From the NCBI RefSeq assembly GCF_009914755.1, contig NC_060935.1: a DNA stretch of 64,000 nucleotides; one strand, given 5' to 3'. This document shows, in pieces, positions 14,663-28,461 of the stretch (its first letter is position 1; each line of letters opens with the position of its first letter). Under the pieces are notes generated by a model that searched no databases, was not told the origin of the DNA, and saw only the letters and a list, made by a program, of their open reading frames with translations. The translations under genes were made by a program, and so were the position numbers. The stretch comes from the human T2T-CHM13v2.0 reference genome, Homo sapiens.

Positions 14663-15597
14663 GTTATTTCCCCACTCTTCTATAAAATCCAGAAGATACA
14701 TTAAGGTGAAGTGAATATGGCTGCTTTTCCCCTTTGTCTATTATCCCATTTTTTTATGTAATGCAGTTATATGACCTTCATAGTATAAAAGAATTTTTTT
14801 TTAATTCTATACTTTCCTCAAGGTCATGATAACCCAAACTGTATATTAGGCAATTTCTCTTTAAGCAAGCTGAGCCCACAGCCCCTCTCCAAGCTGACTT
14901 CTTTGCAGCAGAGCCCCAGGGAAGAGCAAAATGAGGCCCTCTGGGGTGGAGCCACAGAACCTCAGCCACACACAGTGCCATGGTATTGCTAGAAGGTGAA
15001 AAGCTGGGTAAGAAGGCCTCAGAAATGACTGGAGAGGGAGATCAGTTTGTTTTTCAACTGTCTCTGTATTTCATTCCCTTAAGCATTCTTCCCCAAAGCT
15101 CCCACTCCACCATCCCCTGGAATGGGGGTAATGGATTAGGCGCTGAGTAATCATTAGTCTCACGACCCCATCTGAACTCAAAGCTACAAACACTTTCAAT
15201 ATGAAGTGTTTAATTTATTTAAGACAGGAATCACCTCCACTTTACAGCTGAGGAAGATGAGGCTCTAGAAGGTTAAGTCCAATCAGCCAAAACTCAGGCC
15301 TTAGTCTCTGAAGGCTGTGCTTTCCTTGATAGCAGCCCTCTAGGGCCCTGGAGTGAGGGACAGCTCTTCTCATTCAGGCTCTCGGCACTGCTGAGGGCAG
15401 GTGACAGCCTAACCAGCTGTCACACATCAGGACAGCCCTAGAAGTTCCAGCTGGCCATCTGACAAATAGCAGGACTGTTGTGGGCTGAACTGTGTTCCCT
15501 TCAAAATTAATATTCAAAGTCCTAATCCCAGAACTTCAAAATGTAACTGTGTTTGGAGATTAGATCCTTAAAGAGGTGATCAAGTTAAAATGAGGTA

Positions 15598-15637
15598 GGA
15601 AGGAAGGAAGGAAGGAAGGAAGGAAGGAAGGAAGGAA
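15598..15637 (+). repeat. (GGAA)10 microsatellite between the outer and inner 5' TSDs of the SVA
   Basis: Ten perfect GGAA units read directly. Confidence 0.97.
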
Positions 15638-15654
15638 AGAAAGAAAATTGGAAA

Positions 15655-17415
15655 GGCTCCTCCTCTCCCTCTCCCTCCTCTCCCTCTCCCTCCTCTCCCT
15701 CTCCCTCCTCTCCCTCTCCCTCCTCTCCCTCTCCCTCTCCCTCTCTTTCCACGGTCTCCCCCTGATGCCGAGCCAAAGCTGGACTGTACTGCTGCCATCT
15801 CGGCTCACTGCAACCTCCCTGCCTGATTCTCCTGCCTCAGCCTGCCGAGTGCCTGCGATTGCAGGCACGCGCCGCCATGCCTGACTGGTTTTCGTATTTT
15901 TTTGGTGGAGACGGGGTTTCGCTGTGTTGGCCAGGCTGGTCTCCAGCTCCTAACCGCGAGTGATCTGCCAGCCTCGGCCTCCCGAGGTGCCGGGATGGCA
16001 GACGGAGTCGCGTTCACTCACTCAGTGTTCAGTGGTGCCCAGGCTGGAGTGCAGTGGCGTGATCTCGGCTCGCTACAACCTCCACCTCCCAGCTGCCTGC
16101 CTTGGCCCCCCAAAGTGCCGAGATTGCAGCCTCTGCCCGGCCGCCACCCCGTCTGGGAAGTGAGGAGCGTCTCTGCCTGGCCGCCCATCGTCTGGGATGT
16201 GAGGAGCCTCTCTGCCTGGCTGCCCAGTCTGGAAAGTGAGGAGCATCTCTGCCCGGCCGCCATCCCATCTAGGAAGTGAGGAGCGTCTCTGCCACGCCGC
16301 CCATCGTCTGAGATGTGGGGAGCGCCTCTGCCCTGCCGCCCCGTCTGGGATGTGAGGAGCGTCTCTGCCCGGCCGCCCTGTCTGAGAAGTGAGGAGACCC
16401 TCTGCCTGGCAACCGCCCCGTCTGAGAAGTGAGGAGCCCCTCCGCCCGGCAGCCACTCCGTCTGGGAAGCGAGGAGCGTCTCCGCCCGGCAGCCACCCCG
16501 TCTGGGAGGGAGGTGGGGGTCAGCCCCCCGCCCGGCCAGCCGCCCCGTCCGGAAGGGAGGTGGGGGGGGTTAGCCCCCCGCCCGGCCAGCCGCCCCATCC
16601 GGGAGGGAGGTGGGGGGGTCATCCCCCCACCTGGCCAGCCGCCCCGTCCGGGAAGGATGTGGGGGGGTCAGCCCCCCGCCCGGCCAGCCGCCCCATCCGG
16701 GAGGTGAGGGGCGCCTCTGCCCGGCCGCCCCTACTGGGAAGAGAGGAGCCCCTCTGCCCGGCCAGCCGCCCCATCCGGGAGGGAGGTGGTGGGGTCAGCC
16801 CCCCGCCCGGCCAGCCGCCCCGTCCGGGAGGTGAGGGGCGCCTCTGCCCGGCCGCCCCTACTGGGAAGTGAGGAGCCCCTCTGCCCGGCCACCACCCCGT
16901 CTGGGAGGTGTACTCAACAGCTCATTGAGAACGGGCCATGATGACAATGGCGGTTTTGTGGAATAGAAAGGGGGGAAAGGTGGGGAAAAGATTGAGAAAT
17001 TGGATGGTTGCCATGTCTGTGTAGAAAGAGGTAGACATGGGAGACTTTTCATTTTGTTCTGTACTAAGAAAAATTCTTCTGCCTTGGGATCCTGTTGATC
17101 TGTGACCTTACCCCCAACCCTGTGCTCTCTGAAACATGTGCTGTGTCCACTCAGGGTTAAATGGATTAAGGGTGGTGCAAGATGTGCTTTGTTAAACAGA
17201 TGCTTGAAGGCAGCATGCTCGTTAAGAGTCATCACCACTCCCTAATCTCAAGTACCCAGGGACACAAACACTGCAGAGGGCCGCAGGGTCCTCTGCCTAG
17301 GAAAACCAGAGACCTTTGTTCACTTATCTGCTGACCTTCCCTCCACTACTGTCCTGTGACCCTGCCAAATCCCCCTCTGCGAGAAACACCCAAGAATGAT
17401 CAATAAAAAAAAAAA
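15655..17415 (+). mobile_element. Full-length SVA retrotransposon (probably SVA_D-like)
   Basis: CT-rich hexamer domain (15655-15745), antisense Alu-like domain (~15750-16130), GC-rich VNTR (~16130-16910), SINE-R (~16910-17401), AATAAA at 17402-17407, poly(A); TSD AAAGAAAATTGGAAA at 15640-15654 and 17416-17430. The subfamily call is tentative. Confidence 0.98.
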
Positions 17416-17632
17416 AAAGAAAATTGGAAAAAAAAAAAAAGTTAAAATGAGGTATTTAGAGTGGATCCTCATCCAATATGACTGGTGTTCTCATAAGAGG
17501 GGGAAATTGGACACAGAGATGACTATGTGAGGATACAGTGAGAAGGTGGCAGCCTTCAAGCCAAAGAGAGAAGTCTCAGAAGGAACCAAACCTGCCGACC
17601 CCTTGATCTCAGGTTTCGAGCTCCCAGACTGA

Positions 17633-17944
<312 letters not shown>

Positions 17945-18109
17945 AAGAAAATAAACTTCTATCATTAATGCTACCCAGCCTGTGTTATTTTGTAACGCCA
18001 GCCCTAGCAGACTAACACAGGGACATCAAATGCTTCAAATTTGGCTGGAGAAGAGGAGCAGGCAGGTGGGGTTTACGGTAATCACCTCCACAGAAATCAG
18101 TACAACAGA

Positions 18110-18335
18110 GCTGGAACAAGCCAATTTAGGCTTCATAAATTGGAGGGATTTGAATCTCAGTTCTCCCCCCTACTCTGTGACCTTAACCTGTTTCCTCATT
18201 TACAAAATGGAGAAAATTACAGTACCATCTTTGTAGAGTTTCTGGGTGGATTAAATGATACATGCATTGTGCTGAACACTTCACATGCACTGACGTACAG
18301 TAAGTACTCAGCAGCCAAGTATTAATAACACTAAT
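18110..18335 (+). mobile_element. MIR SINE
   Basis: ctgtgaccttaacctgtttcctcatttacaaaatggagaaaattacagtacc...ggattaaatgataca. Confidence 0.7.
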
Positions 18336-19735
18336 AATTAATATTAGTAGTGATATAGGAGCACATCCTAGCGGGAGAAAATGTGTGACCAAGAGGTGGT
18401 GTTTGAGGTTACTGAGGAACAAAACAAGCTTCAGTTTCTCAGTCTTTCTATGTTCACACAGAAACAGGATCCTCTTAATGTTCATTGCCTTTCCCCTCAA
18501 GATATTCCAAAAATCAGTGACAACCACATCTTGTACTATGTGTATTCTGGTAAAATTCTATCCATAAATTACTGAGCAGAAAGAGACAGTTTCACAGGGC
18601 CTGCATGGCAACATCTGAAGGAAAACAGAAGGCAGCGGTAGTACCCTGGATACAGAGTAGGGCCTGCTCCCCACCACACTCTCCAAGGCAGCAGCCTAGA
18701 CAGGTGCAAATACTGTGCTGAGAGCCTGAGCTCCTGGAGAGCCTGGGCCACACTCTCACTCTGCCCCTGTGACACCTCAGTCATGCTCCCTCTCTGGGCT
18801 CAGTTTCCTCCTCTGCAAACTGAAGCACTGCACTAGCTGAGCTTGGCTGTGCCAAAGAGCCCAAAGACCTTGATACTTAAGTTCATCTGCATCTTTTTGC
18901 AGCCTGATGCTTGCTTCACTGCCCACATTCAGGCCTCATGTATGAATTAACCATGCTCCTCTCTGGGTGCTGGCAATGAGGGAAAATAAAGTGTCATGGT
19001 TTCACTTTTCATAATAGATCTGACAGCCCTTCGGAAACCTCACCATAAAAAGAAACCAGCTGTTGCCAGAGGTAATAACCTAATGGCCAATCTTGCAGAG
19101 ACAATGACCCTAAAGAGATACGGCAATGGCCACCAAGAAGAGGTAGATCAAATTTAAAGTGGGAGAGGGGAAGATTAACTTTATGGGAAGATGACAAGGA
19201 TAATATACTTGGCCAAATACAAGTCTAGAATTGCTGTGCTGAGTTCTGCACTTTTAAATTTGAGAAAATCTCAAGTGCTAGTAATTAGACCTGAATTTTA
19301 TCAGCACCAATTAATATATGAGTAATGTTTTATAAACACTTCCACATCCAAGGTGTCACTTAATTCTCATTCACAACAAACATTTCTTTCTATCATAATC
19401 AGATAAGGAAAGGAGTTCCAGAAAATTAAGCGACTTGCCCAAGATCACACACCTAGAAAGCCCAGGGTGGCAGGCAAATTGCAGATTGGAGTCCAAAGTC
19501 AGTGATCTTTCCAAGCTTATTTATGCCTTCCCTCTGTAAGCCAAAGCAAAGATGAGGAGAGAGCTTATATTCAGTGTGACTTCATTTATGTTTGTAATCC
19601 AGCTTATTAGCGAAGCTGGGAAGAAGCCAGCTCTGCAAATTTTACAAGTCCCCAAACATAAAAATAAATGTCATGGGATACCACTAGGGAACATCCCTGG
19701 AACACGGCTTCCCCCACTAAAGCAACTGGGACAAC

Positions 19736-19920
19736 TGGGTTGCAACTGGGACAATTTTGCCCCCCAGGGGACATTTGATAATGCCTGGAGAGATTTTTGG
19801 TTGTCACAACTGGGAAGCACTACTGGCATCCAGGGGGTAAAATCCAGGGATGCTGCTGAACAGCCTGCAATATACAGGACAGCCCCCCACAACAAAGAAT
19901 AATCTGGCCCAAAATCAACA
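19736..19920 (+). mobile_element. MER20 (hAT-Charlie DNA transposon relic)
   Basis: aattttgccccccaggggacatttg...ttggttgtcacaactggg...ggacagccccccacaacaaagaataatctggcccaaaat, close to the MER20 consensus. Confidence 0.88.
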
Positions 19921-21324
19921 AGGGCATTCTCCATCTAAGCAAACTAGAGGAGCAGAAAGATGGACTACACTTTGCAAAGAACAAAGCTCCATACAAATAT
20001 GAAGTGGAGATAACATTCTGGACTTGGCTTTGAGTTCTTCCAGGCTTGGCTCCAGCTGTAATCTACTGTGTGATCCTGGGCAAGTCACTTAACCACTCTG
20101 TCACATTTCCCGACTGTAAAGCAAGAGTGATGTGACATTTTTTAACTGAGTGATTCTGAAACATTCCTATATCTGATGACCTGGCATCCTGGCTAAAATG
20201 CAAATTCCTCGGTTTTATTCCCAGGGATTGTGCATTTTTAACAAGCACCCAAGAGGAATCTGTTATAGGTGATTAGCAAATTGCAGTTTGAAACAGCACG
20301 AGGAAATCAAAATGTGTGTATCTTTTTTCTAAGCAGGATTTGCCAGTTTGGGGAATGGCATCATCAGCACCCCAGGTGTTAACCCGCAGGCCTCCTCACC
20401 TGTGGGAAAACTACAGGGGTTCTCTCAAGGGAGCTTCAACTTCTCTAAGGCTGACAGGGCCAGGGAGCAGGCCAGCCATGAGACAGAAGCTAAGGGGCAG
20501 CTGCAACCACAAAAACAGCCCTTCAACCTGGGAGGCTACTCTTGGAACAAAGCTCCAACCACAAACACCCCAGAGGGCATCGGAGAAGGGGTAAGACTCA
20601 GGACATCAAGTCGTGTGCATTAGCCAAAAAGGAGTGCAATCTTTCTCAGTCACAAAAAGGAACCCACGGCCAAATCCAAACACACACAGCCAAGGTGCTT
20701 ATTCACTCATGGCAGTAGTCTTGTCCCTTATTGACTCCTCTGTAAAGAGGTCTCTACAACATTCAAGAGGAAACTGGCAGAAGTGAGGTCTCGGGGATAA
20801 CAGAGAGCCATGCAGGGTTGAACACTCACTGCAGGCACCCACCTCTTTGACCTGTCTTCTAGACCCAAACTGAAAAGCCATCCTCAATTCACTCAGAGCT
20901 CTTTCCCCACGCTCTCCCACCTGCTCCAAAAGCTTGAGAAAAAAGTTAATCCAGTCCCTGTGCTGATGAATCAAATAGAGACACACTCATATCCTGCTTC
21001 TTCCTTTTTATCTTTAACCTAAACCAAAGCATCCTCATCCCGTCCACGGCACCTGCTTAATTACCAAGCAGAGCGACACAGCCAGAGCACACCCTGGTAA
21101 CAGAAATGGGCACAAGATACATCTCTGGAGGCTTCCCATCAAGCCAATCCCTCACATGAAAGCCCTGATGCAATGCTCTCATTTGGCACTTTACCCTTTC
21201 TGCTTCCAAAAAGGATGTGGAGTAACCTACTGCTGCAGATGTCACAGGCTTCTACTATGTATCTTCCCATAAAGGGAAACTGCTGATAGGGTATGGCAGA
21301 CACACCTTACTCCTTATTCAGTGG

Positions 21325-21458
21325 AATGTTTCTAAAATGATGCCAGAGCCCCAGTCCAGACCAAATAAATCAGAATCTCTGGCACTAGGTCCCAGACATA
21401 TTTTTTAAAAGCTCCCCAAGGCATTCTAATGTGCAGCCAGGGGTGGCACTCACTGGGC
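21325..21458. mobile_element. MER5-family hAT relic
   Basis: aaatcagaatctctgg...ttaaaagctccccaaggcattctaatgtgcagccagg. Confidence 0.7.
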
Positions 21459-23029
21459 TAAGGCCTTGCAGTGGGGACTTTGGCCTCCAACTTCAACCCA
21501 CTAAGCTAAAAGTACAGTGACATTCAGCACCAAAGAGAATTTGGTATAACTATAAAGGGAGACAGAAAAAGCTTCCCCTCTTCAAAAGGATGAATAATAC
21601 TCTGACATGGATATTTTAAATGGGAGCTGAAGAGCAGAGAACTAGCTTCTTTACTGAGTGCCCAAAACCACTGGGTTTTGCCTCTTAAATGCTGACTTCA
21701 TTTCAATCAAGACCTACACTGTACGAGACACTGAAGGAGGGAATAGCAAAGTGTAAAACAAGGCATCTCATCTTACGTGTGTAGAACTTCCAAGGACAAG
21801 CTGGGAGCATCAAGCAGTTAACATTAAGGCAGGATCTCCAGGTGCTGTGATAGAGGGGAGGGCAGGGAGCTGGAGGTCAGTCAGCCCAGACTGGGTCCCC
21901 GGGAGGCTTCAGGCTCCATCTCCTCTGGGCTTCTAGCCATGCTCAGATATTCTCACAGGTGCTGCAAGGACTCAATTCCCAGACTCTTTCCTGTGTGACT
22001 CGCTCCACCCTGCTGGCCAATTGCCAGCCAGCTCTAAAATGCCTAAGTGAGGGGACACAAGGGGCCTCTTGCTGCCCATGAAGTTGCAGCTATATTCATT
22101 TCTCTTCCAAATTAACATCCTACTGCTCCATAATAAAGCTGTCAGCTCTCAACAATGGACCCACGCTAAGAAAGGTGGCCAAGGCTGTTCTGGTAGAGGG
22201 CACAGCTGCTTTATGCCAAGGGTGGGAGGCCCAGGGTGGGACCTTTCCCTCCCACAATGACAGCCGGATTTCCTATTACCAGAATGTTCTCAAACGCCCC
22301 TCCTTGCCTGGCCATCTTCCTTCACTGTACATTTACCGCTTGGCCAATGCAATTGGGGCTGAAATGCAATTAGTCCCTGCTCCAGCCACATTTTTTTTTC
22401 CCCCAAAGAATGAATCTGATAGACCCACAGCATCCAGAGGAGAGTGCCACTCTGAATGCTAATTGCCCCCACAAGTTCTGCAGAGGGCGCGGGAGATGCT
22501 GGCCCGCACAGCATGGGCACTCTAGGATTCAGAAACCCTACCTGGTGTTATCAGCAGCAACTCGATGCAAGGACTGCCCTCCCAGTCTCGACAGCAGTAG
22601 CCAGAGACCCTCAAATTTCCTCCAGGGTAACATAAGGCTGGCAGCTGGCGTCGCAGTGGTCACGGGAGAGAGGTGAACAAGGCTGCCTGCAGACAGTGCG
22701 CAGCTTTGCTCTGTTCCACTCCACTGAGGGGAAGCGACAGCAGGTGAGGATTTAAAATGCAGCAGATGAGATTTAGGTTAGATTCACAGATGAACTTCCT
22801 GACAGAGAGAGAAGCACTGGAAAGGCTGACCCAGTACTTAAATTTCACTGGCAAACCACAAGAGGCTGATTGTACTGTCCGCCAGGAAGCAAGTGAGCAG
22901 CAAGGAGGCAGCCTTCTGTGCACAATGGTCAGAAGCAGGGACCTCACCCAAGCTGGCCTGCAGCCGCCTCACCACACCATAACTTTTTTGCTTTTTAATA
23001 TAAGGTAAATAGAAGAGTCCACCAAAATA

Positions 23030-23450
23030 CACTTTTAAATGTGCTTATTCTTTGATCTAGGAATCCCAGTTCCAGGAATTTAAGAAAATCGTTCTTTAAA
23101 AAGTGAAATATTTTTATGTATTTTAGGAGAAAAGTAGAAGCAATCTAAATGCCTAACTATGGAACAGGGAATGATTAAGAATATTATGGCATGTGTGCAC
23201 CACAGACTGTTATGTACCAAATAAAAATGTTCTTAAGGAATATGTAATGATCTGGGAAATACACATGATATCGTAAGTGCATAAAGCATATTTAAAAAAA
23301 AAGCTTATGTGCATTTGAAAAAAGAAGAAAGGGAAATTTACCAAAACGTTAGCAGTAATCACCCCTGGACTTAGAAGTAGACATTTTTTTCTTTCTTGAT
23401 ACTTTCCCAATATTCTAAAATAAGCACATTATTTGAATAATTAGAAAACA
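23030..23450 (+). mobile_element. Old L1ME-type 3' fragment
   Basis: ctttgatctaggaatcccagttccaggaattt...gaagcaatctaaatgcctaac...accaaaacgttagcagt. Confidence 0.55.
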
Positions 23451-24503
23451 TCGACATTTAAAGTGGGAAAAAAAAATCAGTCTCATCTGTGACGTACCTC
23501 AGCGCCATAAATCTATTTCATCGGCACAGCCATTATTCCCAGAAAGCAAACCGGTGACACTCAATCTCGTACTTGGCAAGACAAACATTCTCGCTTCCAA
23601 AATGGCCCTGCGTACCCACTGCAGCCACCAGAAAAACACTGATCAGCATCTCCTTCCAGGAAGCACAGGGTCTTCCCCCTCAATAATTCATGGGGGTCTC
23701 ATTCTATGGCCAGACCTTCCTTCACATCCAACTACAATGTGCCTAAGTGAGTCTGAAAGGCAAGGGAGAAATGTGGAATCCTGCAAAGAATTGGGACTTA
23801 TTGGATTAACCCCGGGAAATACTAAAGTGATCTAGAGTTCACCACTATTTATCAATGTCCACTGCATACCAGGAAAGGGACAGGATGCTTTCACATGCTC
23901 TGCAACATGGGAATCATTAGCCCTGTTTTACATATGAGAAAATGGAGGTTACGGAACTCCAGCCAACTTGCCTCAAATCACACAGATGGTTAAGTGGCAG
24001 GGCTGGGACTAAATGCTTGTCACTTGACCCCAAGACAAGAAAGGTTTTTCTCCTCAGCAGCCTCCAGCATTCATGTCTTTGGAGAAAACATGATGCAGGC
24101 CACACCTCTCTCTCCTAGACTTATACCCCACTCCCAGTGCCCTGAGACAGGCCACTCTGCTGTTTCTTGCCCACTTTCTATCTCCACCACTACCCACAGA
24201 TGCAAATATAATAGCCCCATGTGGACACCTCAATGATCCCCTGTGGCCGAATTCCCCAACCCACCTCAATGACCCTTAAGGGGATGGGGTTCACTATCAA
24301 GGCCCTCTCCAGAGGTGTCTGAGACACGTTGCCTTCAGGCAACATTGCCCTGAACTCACAACATCTCTGAGGCAGGCTGGCCTCTTATCTCCTTTTACAG
24401 ACAGGAAAACAGATTGGTAAGTAGGTTGACCTGCTCTAAGTCTAATAAGAAGCAGACCTAGGACTAGAACTCAGGTCCTCTCATATCTGGCCAAGTGGAC
24501 TTT

Positions 24504-25745
<1,242 letters not shown>

Positions 25746-26085
25746 TCACACAACCCTGAAGAGGAAACAGGACTTTTCAACCTATCTCCCCAATTATGCA
25801 AGGCCCAAAAGGCTTAAGTCTGAAAACAGCCACAGAGACTGCACCAATTTAGATGGAACCAGCTTTCTCCCTTGCAAGGACTGCCAGTAAGCTCCACCTA
25901 GTTTTCTGATCTGACTGAGATGACATTGATGCTCTTTTTTTCCCACCATAAAGGCTCTTCCCTGCCCACCTTCCTCCAACTTATCCTCAGTGGCACCCCT
26001 GAGGTCAGGCTGGATTAGGTCCCACAGAATCCTGGATTAATAGCCCTATTCGGACACTACCACTATTATCAAAAGTGGCTTTTGA

Positions 26086-26388
26086 GGCCGGGCACGGTGG
26101 CTCACACCTGTAATCCCAACCCTTTGGGAGGCCGAGGCGGGTGGATCAATTGAGGTCAGGAGTTCAAAACAAACCTGGCCAACACAGTGAAACCCTGTCT
26201 CTACAAAAAATACAAAAATTAGCCGGGCTTGGTGGCAGGTACCTGTAACCCCAGCTACTTGGGAGGCTGAGTCAGGAGAATCACTTGAATCCAGGAGGTG
26301 GAATTTGCAGTGAGCCAAATTCACGCCACTGCCCTCCCGCCTGGGTGACACAGCAAGACCCTGTCTCAAAAAAATAAAAAATAAAAAA
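26086..26388 (+). mobile_element. AluS SINE
   Basis: Full dimer starting ggccgggcacggtggctcac, with an A tail. Confidence 0.93.
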
Positions 26389-26478
26389 TTGGCCGTTGAC
26401 TTGCCTGTCTTCCCCACTAGAATGAGAGCTGCTTGAAGGCAGAGATATGCTGTATTCACTGTTCATCTTCTGTGTCTA

Positions 26479-26942
26479 TCTATATTAGCTTCCTATTGCT
26501 GCTATAACAAATTATCATAAATTTAGGTACTTATAACAACACAAATTTATCATCCTAAGGTTTCGGAGGTCAGATATCCAAAATCAGTCTTATTGGACTG
26601 AAATCAAAGAGTCAGCAGAGCCGTGCTCCTCAGGAGGCCCTAGGGCAGAATCCATTCCTTGCCTCTTCCAGCTTCTAGAGGCTGCCCACATTCCTTGGCT
26701 CAAGGGCACAATGCTCCAACCTCTACTACCCTCCTCATATTTCCTTCCCTTACTCTGATCTTATAAGGACCCTTCTGATTACATGGGCCCACCCAGATAA
26801 TCCAGAATGATCTTCCCATCCCAAAGTCCTTCCCTTCATCATATCCGAAAGTCCCTTTTCCCATATAAGGTAACATATTCACAGGTTCTGGGTATTAGCA
26901 CATGGACATCTTTTGGAGGAGCCCATCATCTGGCCCACTCCA
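26479..26942 (-). mobile_element. MaLR solo LTR (MLT1C/D-like)
   Basis: tattagcttcctattgctgctataacaaatta...ttccagcttctagaggctgcccacattccttggctc...taaggtaacatattcacaggttctggg. Confidence 0.88.
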
Positions 26943-28013
26943 CTATCATAGCACTTACCACATGGCAGATGCACAGTGACTGTTTGCCTTGTGCAAGAGG
27001 CCATGCTCCATGTAGTCCTAAAGCACTAAGAAGTTGAACCTTCTTGGTTGGTTTAGGAGGGACCCAAAGCTTGGATCCCATTGTTCTAGACAAAATGTCC
27101 CACAAGGGGCCCTGAAAGTCATTCTTCTCTCTGTAACCTACAGCTCCAGGTTTCTTCAGCTAACGTGGAAGCAGCCCACATCTCACCTCCACAGCTCCAC
27201 TCTAGGTAAATGCCTACTAGTTGATTCTCTGAACTCTGAAAGTATGGATAGATGACTCAATCTCAAGAGTCATTCACAATCTACATCTTCCTGGGGCTCA
27301 CAATTCACATGGCGTCATCACAACACGGACAGAAGCAGGATAAGGGTTCTATCACTGAATAGCATGAGTCAGATTTGATAAATACTGCACATTCTTTAAA
27401 ATTCTATCAAAATCAAGCCTTAAATTAGCAGGCTACAGCAACAACCTAGCAACCCAACCACGTTCATTTCCACTTGAGCCTGGTACCTTCAAATCCCAAC
27501 AGGAGTCAGACCTAGGAGGAGAAAGGTCCTAGGCTCACTCACCTTGTGGAAGGCAGCAGGTGGCTATAAGGGGCAACTGAAGCAGCCCAAGCTGGGATCT
27601 GAACCTTCACTCTCCAACCTATCCTCTGTAACCTTGAGCTTGTTAATCAACTTCTCTGAGCTTTCTCAATATATACACATCAGTACAATGAGCCCGTTGA
27701 TACTGACCAGCTGGTAAAATGCCCAGCAAGTAGTATGTTTTCACTAAGGGTTGGCTCCCTTCTACTTGCCCCTGAAATAATAAAGCTGGCCAGGCAGGTG
27801 AATCCATTAGGAGGAAGTGTAAACTGGTGTAAATGCACTGTTTCCCTAACATTAACCACACATTGCTCACACCGCCTCTGTAATTTCTGCCACATCTTGT
27901 CCAACCTGTACTTCCACTTTTTTCCTTTAAATAGACCACAAGGACTCTAGCTATATCCTAAGCATAACAGCTGCCAAATGATGACTTTGATGTTCTAGTT
28001 ATATTTTTCTTCA

Positions 28014-28461
<448 letters not shown>

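Noticed and set aside
16130-16910. Tandem GC-rich units superficially like a CRISPR array or a second CpG island
   Set aside because: This is the SVA VNTR; it has no unique spacers and the context is eukaryotic.
15560-17238. Many overlapping 60-160 aa ORFs
   Set aside because: All lie in the SVA hexamer, VNTR or SINE-R; these GC-rich repeats lack stop codons and SVA is non-coding.
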